Below are positions 23,643 to 31,044 of a stretch of DNA of 32,000 nt, in pieces (within the stretch, counting starts at the first letter, position 1; every line of letters starts with the position of its first letter). A program made the position numbers and the translations under genes. The stretch covers positions 120,001 through 152,000 of the forward strand of contig OY969114.1 of NCBI GenBank assembly GCA_963698035.1, written 5' to 3'. The DNA comes from Candidatus Saccharimonadota bacterium (GTDB taxonomy: Archaea; Micrarchaeota; Micrarchaeia; Micrarchaeales; Micrarchaeaceae). A model generated the notes under the pieces. The model was not told where the DNA came from, ran no database searches, and saw only the letters and a list, made by a program, of their open reading frames with translations.

Positions 23643-24427
23643 TAAAACAGAACCTGAAAACGCTGGAAGAGAGAAGCATATACATCTTGAGGGAGGCAAA
23701 GATAAAGTTCAGCAACGTCGCGGCGCTGTGGTCGATGGGCAAGGACTCAACTACAATGCTAGCCCTATCGAGAAAGGCCTTCCTGGGGAAGGTGCCATTC
23801 CCTGTGATCCACATAGACAACAGGATAGACTTCCCTGAGACCTACTCCTTCAGGGAGCACCTTGCAAAGAAGTGGAAACTAAATCTAATCGTTGCATATA
23901 GCGAAGTAAAACCAGATATTATAGGATCTGCATGCTGCGGCAAGAACAAACCGGATACGCTAAAGAAGATAATGAAGGAATACGGATTCGATGCACTTAT
24001 CGTCTCGATAAGGAGGGATGAGCACGGCATAAGGAGCAAGGAGAGGTACATGTCACCGAGGAATGAGAAATTCAAGTGGAACTACAAAAACCAGCCAGCA
24101 GAGCTATGGGATGACTATTCCTCGAAGCTCGACCAGGGAGGGCACATAAGAGTGCATCCACTGCTTGACTGGAATGAAATAGATATTTGGAGCTACATAA
24201 AACAGGAACGCGTACCAGTAAATCCGCTTTATTTCTCTAGAAATGGTTATAGATACAGGAGCCTTGGCTGCACACACTGTACAGTTCCTGTAAAATCCGA
24301 TGCGAAGACTGTAGATGATATAATTAATGAACTGGCGACAACAAAAATTGAAGAGCGATCCGGCAGAAGCATGGACAAAGAAAACGAATACGTAATGCAG
24401 CGGCTCAGGTCATTGGGCTATATGTGA
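23630..24427 (+). CDS. cysD: Sulfate adenylyltransferase subunit 2-like PP-loop ATP pyrophosphatase (CysD / PAPS-reductase superfamily)
   Basis: 265 aa. AALWSMGKDSTTML is the CysD-type SxGKDS PP-loop. It also has DALIVSIRRDEH, VHPLLDWNEIDIWSYI, YRSLGCTHCT and a C-terminus ERSGRSMDKENEYVMQRLRSLGYM. Confidence 0.75.
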   Translation: MDSMIKQNLKTLEERSIYILREAKIKFSNVAALWSMGKDSTTMLALSRKAFLGKVPFPVIHIDNRIDFPETYSFREHLAKKWKLNLIVAYSEVKPDIIGSACCGKNKPDTLKKIMKEYGFDALIVSIRRDEHGIRSKERYMSPRNEKFKWNYKNQPAELWDDYSSKLDQGGHIRVHPLLDWNEIDIWSYIKQERVPVNPLYFSRNGYRYRSLGCTHCTVPVKSDAKTVDDIINELATTKIEERSGRSMDKENEYVMQRLRSLGYM

Positions 24428-24430
24428 TTA

Positions 24431-25660
24431 TTGATTATCATGGTAGATGTAAGAAGTATAACCTTGTTAGGGCACAAGGATCATGGCAAATCAACGCTTA
24501 TCGGCAATTTGCTTATGCTTACCAAGTCAGTAACGCAGACAAGAATAAAGGAAGCAGAGACCTATAGCAGAAGGCTGCACAAGGATTTCGAGCCCGCTTT
24601 CATACTCGACAGCTTCCACGAGGAGAGGGAGCACGGTCTGACCATGGACATAACAAGAGCTGAAATAGCCTACAAAGGCGTCGCATTCTCGTTCATAGAC
24701 GTTCCAGGGCACGTGGAGCTGATAAAGAACATGATAAGTGGGGCTTCGTATGCGTCAACGGCGCTGCTCCTGGTATCTGCCAAGGAAGGGGAGGGCATAC
24801 AGGACCAGACCAAGAGGCACCTCTTCATAGCGAAGATGCTTGGGATAGAGCACCTCGTTGTGGCGGTCAACAAAATGGATTCGGTAGGCTACGAAAAGGG
24901 GCAATTCGAATCGATAAAAGAGGGGCTCACTGGATTTATAGAGAATATAGGCTTTGCCGAGAAGGATGTCAGCTTCGTTCCGGTTTCCGCCCGCAAAGGG
25001 GATAACCTCGTAACAAAGAGCGCCAAGACCAAGTGGTACAGGGGGAGGCCGCTTATTGAGTTAATATACCAGAGATCTGATGAGGAGGAGCAAGGCAGCG
25101 AGGGACCGCTTAGGATGATAGTGCAGGGATTCATCGGGGGGAAGGAGCAGCTTGTCGTTGGCAGGATAGCGAGCGGCAGTATAAGGCTCGGAGAAGCGCT
25201 ATCGATAGTCCCTGCAGGGATAAGCGCGAAGCCCATCAACATAACCGTAAAGGGAAGGAGGGTGAAGGTCGCAGGTTTCGGGGAGAATGTCGCATTAGAG
25301 CTTGACAAACACATAAGCAAGGATATAAGGGGCTCTGTTATCGCGGAAAGGAACGGAGCGCCTGCAGCAAAGGGCACTATAAAGGCCCTCATATTCGTTG
25401 CAAAGAAGCTGGGAGGGGGTCTGAGCATAAAATTCAATGGGCTTGACATATCCTGCAGGGGCATGAAGGTGCTCAAATACATAGATGTTATAACAGGAGA
25501 GTCAACCCTGAAGGGAAAGATTGAGCCCTTAAATGCAATCGTCGCTGAGCTGAAACTCGCGGATAAGATTCCTGCTGAGAGTTTCTCGCGGACAAAGGAG
25601 CTCGGCAGATTTGTTCTCTATTCTGGAAAGGAGTTCGCAGGCATGGGGATCGTTGAATAG
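24431..25660 (+). CDS. cysN: CysN/EF-1alpha-family translational-type GTPase (sulfate adenylyltransferase subunit 1-like)
   Basis: 409 aa.
- G1: GHKDHGKSTLIGNLL.
- G2: EREHGLTMDI.
- G3: DVPGH.
- G4: NKMD.
- TKRHLFIAKMLGIEHLVVAVNKMDSVGY closely parallels CysN (TRRH.fi...LGI.hlvvAiNKMDLv.Y).
- ATG 24440 is an alternative to TTG 24431. Confidence 0.7.
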   Translation: MIIMVDVRSITLLGHKDHGKSTLIGNLLMLTKSVTQTRIKEAETYSRRLHKDFEPAFILDSFHEEREHGLTMDITRAEIAYKGVAFSFIDVPGHVELIKNMISGASYASTALLLVSAKEGEGIQDQTKRHLFIAKMLGIEHLVVAVNKMDSVGYEKGQFESIKEGLTGFIENIGFAEKDVSFVPVSARKGDNLVTKSAKTKWYRGRPLIELIYQRSDEEEQGSEGPLRMIVQGFIGGKEQLVVGRIASGSIRLGEALSIVPAGISAKPINITVKGRRVKVAGFGENVALELDKHISKDIRGSVIAERNGAPAAKGTIKALIFVAKKLGGGLSIKFNGLDISCRGMKVLKYIDVITGESTLKGKIEPLNAIVAELKLADKIPAESFSRTKELGRFVLYSGKEFAGMGIVE

Positions 25661-25732
25661 GTAGCTGCATGATACCGGTAACCGACATTTGGCTCTCAAG
25701 AAAGAGAAAAAGCGGAGTGACTCAAGATGAGG

Positions 25733-26563
25733 TCATAGGAAGCAGAGCGATGCATAATCGACCACGCTAGCTATATCTCCAGTCTCATCCCCGGAGTCAG
25801 AATTGTGCAAGAGCACTCCATTCTTCGCCCCGTACGCCTTTGCGAACATGAGCGCGGCCGCTATAGGCCCGTATCCGCATGCGCTCTCATTGGACGTCTC
25901 TTTGAGTGCGTAGAATCTATTGACATCCATCTTGCAGAGCTGTTCGAAGAGTGGCTTGTCCTTTTTCTGGGCGATTGCCCTAGATGCGTAGTGGTTGAAA
26001 TCGGAGCTTGCGAGTACAGCAACATTCCTTCCCGTCGCTTTTGAAGCATCGATTATCGCGTCGCAGACATTTCTCGCCGAGTCGGTCTCCTGCGCTCCCA
26101 TGCAGATAAAGCAGGCCTTCTTGCCTGGCAGGAGCCTCTGAAGGAATGGCAGCTGGACCTCTATGGAATGCTCATAGGCGTGGCCGCTCTCGTCTTTGTA
26201 CATGCCTCTGTAACTGGCGAGGCGCTCGGACAGCTCCCCATCATTTTCGACCGTACCGAGAGGGGTCGACCAATCCAAGAACGAGATAGACCTTGGCGTC
26301 CCGTATCCGGTGTGGTTGGGCCCAACCACCACAATCGTATCAATCGACTTTATGTCAGATTTCATTGACAGCGCCTTGAATGCATATGCAGCCGTCTTTC
26401 CGGAGTATATGTAGCCCGCATGGGGTGCAACGTACGACTTGGCCGCCGAAATATCGCCCTTGAGCTTTGCTTTCCGGACAGCATCGTCTATGAAGTCGGC
26501 AAGTTCCTGCCTCTTTGCGGGGTAGAATGTTCCTGCGACCACAGCATTCCTAGTTTCGGCCAT
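25733..26563 (-). CDS. Memo-like protein (AmmeMemoRadiSam system protein B family)
   Basis: MAETRNAVVAGTFYPAKRQEL...YVAPHAGYIYSG...VGPNHTG...EHSIEVQLPFLQ are family hallmarks. The track ORF extends to 26866, but the first 101 codons overlap dinB and look non-coding. I start the gene at ATG 26563. Confidence 0.8.
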   Translation of the reverse strand: MAETRNAVVAGTFYPAKRQELADFIDDAVRKAKLKGDISAAKSYVAPHAGYIYSGKTAAYAFKALSMKSDIKSIDTIVVVGPNHTGYGTPRSISFLDWSTPLGTVENDGELSERLASYRGMYKDESGHAYEHSIEVQLPFLQRLLPGKKACFICMGAQETDSARNVCDAIIDASKATGRNVAVLASSDFNHYASRAIAQKKDKPLFEQLCKMDVNRFYALKETSNESACGYGPIAAALMFAKAYGAKNGVLLHNSDSGDETGDIASVVDYASLCFL

Positions 26564-26585
26564 CAGATAAACAATGATGGCAAAC

Positions 26586-26592
26586 TTTATAT
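26586..26592. promoter_or_regulatory. Shared TATA-like box (TTTATAT / ATATAAA) for the divergent Memo-like and dinB genes
   Basis: The box is centred about 26 nt from the Memo ATG (26563) and about 35 nt from the dinB TTG (26624). It is the only A/T box in the 60-nt divergent gap. Confidence 0.4.
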
Positions 26593-26623
26593 GGATTCCA
26601 CGACAATAATTGCAGTGATTCTT

Positions 26624-27676
26624 TTGAGGCTCATCCTTTATGTTGACATGGATTCCTTCTTTGCAGCCTGCGAGGAGATCAGGCACCCTGAGCTGAAGGG
26701 AAAGCCGCTCGTTGTAGGGTCCAACAGCGAGAAAGACAAGATGCGCGGGGTGGTCCAGGCTTGCAACTATGAGGCGAGGAAGTTTGGGATACACAGTGCG
26801 ATGCCCACGACCATGGCTTACAAGCTCTGCCCCCAGCTCGCATACCTGCAGGTTGACGACAAGCACTACGAAGAGACATCATCGAAGATAATGGCTGCGC
26901 TGTCTGAGTATTCGCCGAGGATGGAGGTGGACAGCATAGATGAGGCGGCGATGGAGATCGATGTGAAGGACTGCCAGGCTGCGATTGAGCTCGGCAAGAG
27001 GATAAAGGAGAGAATAAGGAAGGATTTCAGCCTGGCCTGCACTGCAGGGATAAGCACAGGTAAGATGCTTGCGAAGATGGCATGTGACAGCGCAAAGCCC
27101 GACGGCATAAGGGCATTGGAAGAGAAGGACATCGGGGATTTCCTAAAGGACAGGGAAGTTGGGAAAATCCCGGGTGTTGGGAAGAAGACCGAGGAGAGAC
27201 TCGCGGCGCTGAAGATAAAGACGATAGGGCAGCTCGCAAAGACAAACCCGATGGTGCTGATAGACTCTTTCGGCTCTTTTGGAAAGGAGCTCTACCTCAT
27301 AGCCAACGGGAAGGATGAGAGCGTGGTAGAAGATAACTCGAACGTAGTTTCGATAGGGAGGGAGAGGACCCTTGACAGGAATGCCACCGGCATGGATGAT
27401 GTAGAGGAGATGCTCCAGAAACTGGCAAACGAGGTGATTGTTGAGGTGAAAAGGCAGAAGCTGATGTTCAAGACGATAGGAGTAAAGGTGCGCTACAACG
27501 ATTTCACGGATAGGATGAAGAGCAAGAGCCTTACTAACTACTCTGATTCTGAGGAGCTCATAATAAGCACGGCAAGGACCCTCTTCGCGGGGCTGCTAGG
27601 TGAGAAGCCAGTAAGGAAAATTGGTGTAAGAGTCTCATCCTTCACGAGCGGGAGCGGACAGAAGAAACTCTTCTGA
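26624..27676 (+). CDS. dinB: DNA polymerase IV (Y-family, Dpo4/DinB)
   Basis: (M)RLILYVDMDSFFAACEEIRHPELKGKPLVVG is the canonical Y-family N-terminus. SIDEAAMEI (catalytic DE) and IPGVGKKTEERL (HhH) are also present. The track ORF begins at 26420, which overlaps the Memo-like gene. A start at TTG 26624 or ATG 26591 is more plausible. Confidence 0.85.
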   Translation: MRLILYVDMDSFFAACEEIRHPELKGKPLVVGSNSEKDKMRGVVQACNYEARKFGIHSAMPTTMAYKLCPQLAYLQVDDKHYEETSSKIMAALSEYSPRMEVDSIDEAAMEIDVKDCQAAIELGKRIKERIRKDFSLACTAGISTGKMLAKMACDSAKPDGIRALEEKDIGDFLKDREVGKIPGVGKKTEERLAALKIKTIGQLAKTNPMVLIDSFGSFGKELYLIANGKDESVVEDNSNVVSIGRERTLDRNATGMDDVEEMLQKLANEVIVEVKRQKLMFKTIGVKVRYNDFTDRMKSKSLTNYSDSEELIISTARTLFAGLLGEKPVRKIGVRVSSFTSGSGQKKLF

Positions 27677-28606
27677 TCACTTTCCTAGTTCAAGATTCTG
27701 CAGATATTCCCTTACATGGAGTGCAGCCTTTATTCCGGATGAAGATGCTGTACCAGCCTGCCTATAATAGTGGTCCGCGCTGTCGCCCGCCACATAGACC
27801 CCTTCTATGTCGGTGAGAACCTCGTCCTTTGTGATTATGTAGCCGAGATCATCGAGCCCGAGCTTTCCGTTCAGGAAGGCGGTGCTCGGCGCATTTCCTA
27901 TCGCCAAGAAGACGCCGCCTGTCGGCATTGTAGAGGTTTTGCCGCTGGTCACATCCTTGATTATCACTGCATTGACTCCTTTATCGTCTCCAAGTATCTC
28001 GATGACTTCAGAATTCCACATGACCTTTATTTTCGGGCTCGCAAGGACCTTCTCCTGCGTTATCTTGCTTGCGCGGAACCTGTCCCTCCTGTGCACGATG
28101 GTGACGCTCTTGCAGAACCTAGTCAGGAAGAAGGAATCTTCCATCGCCGTGTCGCCACCACCCACTACGATTACGTCCTTGTTCTTGTAAAAGACAGCGT
28201 CGCATGTCGCGCAGGCGCTCACCCCGTGCCCAAAGAACCTGCTTTCGGAGGGAATTCTAAGAGTCTTTGCGTTCGCACCGGTAGCAACTATCACCGCAAG
28301 CGCCTCGTACTCCTTCGAGGCAGTACGGACCTTGAACGGCCTTGTGCCGAAGTCGACATCTGTTACATCATCGTTGACAATCCTCGCGCCGAATTTCTCA
28401 GCCTGCTTTCTCATGAGCTCTATTAGTTCTGGCCCCTGGATTCCATCAGGGAACCCTGGCATGTTTTCCACGGTAGTGGTAAGGAGGAGCTGACCTCCAG
28501 GAATCGACCCACCGATGAGCAGCGGGGAGAATTCCTCCCTTGCAGTGTAAATCGCTGCGCTAAGTCCTGCGGGACCAGATCCAATTATTATAACATTCTC
28601 TGCCAT
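27677..28606 (-). CDS. trxB: Thioredoxin-disulfide reductase
   Basis: 309 aa. VIIIGSGPAGLSAAIY (FAD GxGxxG), the CATCD redox-active disulfide, VIVVGGGDTAMED (NADPH site) and GVYVAGD are present. Confidence 0.9.
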   Translation of the reverse strand: MAENVIIIGSGPAGLSAAIYTAREEFSPLLIGGSIPGGQLLLTTTVENMPGFPDGIQGPELIELMRKQAEKFGARIVNDDVTDVDFGTRPFKVRTASKEYEALAVIVATGANAKTLRIPSESRFFGHGVSACATCDAVFYKNKDVIVVGGGDTAMEDSFFLTRFCKSVTIVHRRDRFRASKITQEKVLASPKIKVMWNSEVIEILGDDKGVNAVIIKDVTSGKTSTMPTGGVFLAIGNAPSTAFLNGKLGLDDLGYIITKDEVLTDIEGVYVAGDSADHYYRQAGTASSSGIKAALHVREYLQNLELGK

Positions 28607-28774
28607 GAAAGCGCCAGATGCTTATGCCTAATCAATATGCTGCTGCACAAATAAATAGCTTTATCTTGCGGACTTGAAGCCTTGCATCATAGGATGTCAC
28701 AATAGTGCAATCTTCTGACTTAAGTCATAGGATTTCTTGCCCGTGGTATTTTAAATTGCTTAATGCATTGTTAA

Positions 28775-30154
28775 ATGGCGTGTTGTGTGGCGACGACATC
28801 TGGAAGAACACAGCTTTCTGCAGCAGGTACGGCAGAAGAAAGCCTCTCAACCAGAACCGATAAGGATGTAATTCACCTCGTATCGCAGGTAAGGCACAAT
28901 GGCTACATTGCCGCATCACCCGACTACCCGGCGTATTCTCCACATTGGATAAGGGATGCCTCCTGGGTTGCGATGTCCCTTATTGATTATTCGGAATTCA
29001 ACTCGCGGAGTGAGTCTAAACTTGCAACATTGGCACACGACGCGGCAAGCAGGATAAACAAGTTCCACTGCTTAGTTCTCGACAGGCATCTGGCGAGGAT
29101 GGAGAGAGGCATTGATTTGACCTTGGAAGATAAGGACAAGCAGCTATTCAATTCGCTCCAAAGCCACGTGCCCGCACGGGTGGACGAGTTTGGAAGGTTC
29201 TACTATGGAAAGTTCAGGTCTGCAGCAGGCACGCAGTTCATTATCGACGACAAACAGCAGCTTTACAGCGACAGCTGTTTGAGACAGTACGACACGGTGC
29301 CTTTGGTGCTGATGGCACTGGAAAGGGAGGTAAGGGCCTTTGGTGCTGATAGCCTAGGATTAGAGCAGAGGGAGTTCCTTAGGGAGAGCGGGGAGCTTTT
29401 GGCCAAATACATAGGAAAGATATACATGACGCCATCGGCAAACTCGTGGGAGGAGGACATCAACAGGATACATGCGTATGACATCGCAGCAGTGCACTCA
29501 GGCTTCAGCTCGCTTAAGTACCTATCCGGGGAGGGCATCGTCCCGCTTTCAGAAAGCGATCTGGATAGAATTTCAGAGTTTTACCATGGCAAGGACAGCA
29601 GGGGCCCAAGAGGCTTCTTGAGGAAGCATGTCGTAGGTGGTATTCTGACAAGGCGCCGCGAGCCTTTTGTTGAGGGAGTACAGGAAGGGGTGGACAGCGA
29701 AGAGATGTTCATATTCACAAGGTTTGGCATAGGTGATAAGGAGCTTGGGGAGGGGGTGGTGCGAACCACAATGCATAGAATCGACTCCGACCTTTTCGAT
29801 GGCAACGCCGCGCCGATAAGATACATAGGTGATGAGTATTTCATGGGGGGAAGATGGCTCAACCTGCTCTTTGAGCGCGCGATATATGCAATCAGAAACG
29901 GAGACCTGGACCTTGCAGCGCAGAAGATAGGATATGTTGCAGCGAAATACGGCGACTCGCTGCCCGAACAAGAAATAGTGAACCCAGCAAGCCCTGGCAG
30001 CTTAAGAGGGATGAGAGATCTTGAGGAGAACAACGGATTGCCGGTACAGAGACTTGCTTGGTCTTATGCAGCTAGGATAAGCGCCATTATAGAATTCCAT
30101 AGGCATATGGATGAAAGCGCTGATGAACCACTTTCTTCAGTTGCAAGGAGGTAG
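28775..30154 (+). CDS. Glycoside hydrolase family 15 catalytic-domain protein (glucoamylase/trehalase-like)
   Basis: 459 aa. YSPHWIRDASWVAMSL (the Y..W.RD motif), NSWEEDINRIHAYDIAAVHSG (WEE catalytic acid region) and the C-terminal LPEQ...LAWSYA are present. There is no N-terminal beta-sandwich domain. Confidence 0.7.
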   Translation: MACCVATTSGRTQLSAAGTAEESLSTRTDKDVIHLVSQVRHNGYIAASPDYPAYSPHWIRDASWVAMSLIDYSEFNSRSESKLATLAHDAASRINKFHCLVLDRHLARMERGIDLTLEDKDKQLFNSLQSHVPARVDEFGRFYYGKFRSAAGTQFIIDDKQQLYSDSCLRQYDTVPLVLMALEREVRAFGADSLGLEQREFLRESGELLAKYIGKIYMTPSANSWEEDINRIHAYDIAAVHSGFSSLKYLSGEGIVPLSESDLDRISEFYHGKDSRGPRGFLRKHVVGGILTRRREPFVEGVQEGVDSEEMFIFTRFGIGDKELGEGVVRTTMHRIDSDLFDGNAAPIRYIGDEYFMGGRWLNLLFERAIYAIRNGDLDLAAQKIGYVAAKYGDSLPEQEIVNPASPGSLRGMRDLEENNGLPVQRLAWSYAARISAIIEFHRHMDESADEPLSSVARR

Positions 30155-30307
30155 TTTCGTTTATGCTCTTTAAGTTAATTGCTGGGATATATACTATCTC
30201 TTAAAAACTAGAGTCCTATAAAATAACTTTTACATATGTTATAGACCTAGAGGAAAAACTAGAGTGTTCTCAATTTATTAAGAAACGACCTTCCCTGGCT
30301 CAAAATC

Positions 30308-31039
30308 TCAGTCAGTTCTTGTCACATTCAGAATTTTACCGCTATTATTGACGTAAAATACAATTTGGCAGGGATATGTTGCGTTTTGAGGCGCGCAGTT
30401 TACATTAGCCTGTTTCACAGACTGGTTGCCATAATACGTATTTGTTATGTTGGTTATAGTGCCTGTCGTGTTCATCTGTTTGAGCCAAGCATTAACTTCA
30501 GCAGTTATTGTACTATTAGAGACATTTGCAGGAGCCTGACATTGATTGGTGTACCTATTAACAACATATCCGTTTGTGCAACCACAATCTATAGCACACG
30601 AGTTATTTGCACGCTCTTGCGCAGTGCAGATAGCATCTCCACAATAAGCTTTCAAGCATGCACCATAGCTACTGCAGTAGTACCCAGACTGGCAGGAGGT
30701 TGCAGTACAAGATAATATGGGTTGGCTACTTGAGGATTGGTTATTCAAGTTAGTATTGGTTAGGAGAAAGAATCCCCCAACTATAACTATTACAACTATA
30801 ACGCCAATAATCAAGAAGAACTTTGGTTTGAAATGGCCAAATATTAACTTATTTTCAGCTTTCTTGTTCTCTTTTTGCACTTCGGCCGCAGATCTCGCTT
30901 TGCTCTCGACTTTGCTTTCAATAATTTCTAATTTTGCACCGCAGCTATGACAGAATTTTGATTTAATGGAGTTTTTAGCGCCACAGTTAGGGCATTCTAC
31001 TCTTTTTGACTTGATCGTTTTTCTAGTTTTTGCAGCCAT
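30308..31039 (-). CDS. Zn-ribbon / single-TM / Cys-rich, sequon-rich extracellular protein
   Basis: 243 aa. The N-terminal CPNCGAKNSIKSKFCHSCG is a CxxC...CxxC ribbon and FFLIIGVIVVIVIVGGFFLL is a TM helix. The ectodomain has about 16 Cys and many N-x-S/T sites (NVS, NST, NTT, NIT, NQS, NAT, NNS, NVT). Confidence 0.6.
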   Translation of the reverse strand: MAAKTRKTIKSKRVECPNCGAKNSIKSKFCHSCGAKLEIIESKVESKARSAAEVQKENKKAENKLIFGHFKPKFFLIIGVIVVIVIVGGFFLLTNTNLNNQSSSSQPILSCTATSCQSGYYCSSYGACLKAYCGDAICTAQERANNSCAIDCGCTNGYVVNRYTNQCQAPANVSNSTITAEVNAWLKQMNTTGTITNITNTYYGNQSVKQANVNCAPQNATYPCQIVFYVNNSGKILNVTRTD

Positions 31040-31044
31040 TTAAT

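Noticed and set aside
26564-26866. N-terminal 101-codon extension of the Memo-like ORF (the track start at 26866), and the reciprocal 5' extension of the dinB ORF (26420-26590/26623).
   Set aside because: The two extensions overlap each other on opposite strands and have no family similarity. Both families' canonical N-termini (MAETRNAVVAGTFYP and MRLILYVDMDSFF) begin at internal start codons flanking an A/T box.
28725-28943. A 72-aa - strand ORF overlapping the 5' end of the GH15 gene.
   Set aside because: It overlaps a motif-supported + strand gene and its promoter region, and its translation has no recognisable features.
30203-30265. Two copies of AAAAACTAGAGT about 50 nt apart, considered as a CRISPR or other repeat array.
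   Set aside because: There are only two 12-nt copies, with no regular repeat-spacer periodicity and no cas genes in the window. They are more likely promoter-proximal or chance A-rich repeats, and they are mentioned only within the AT-rich block finding.
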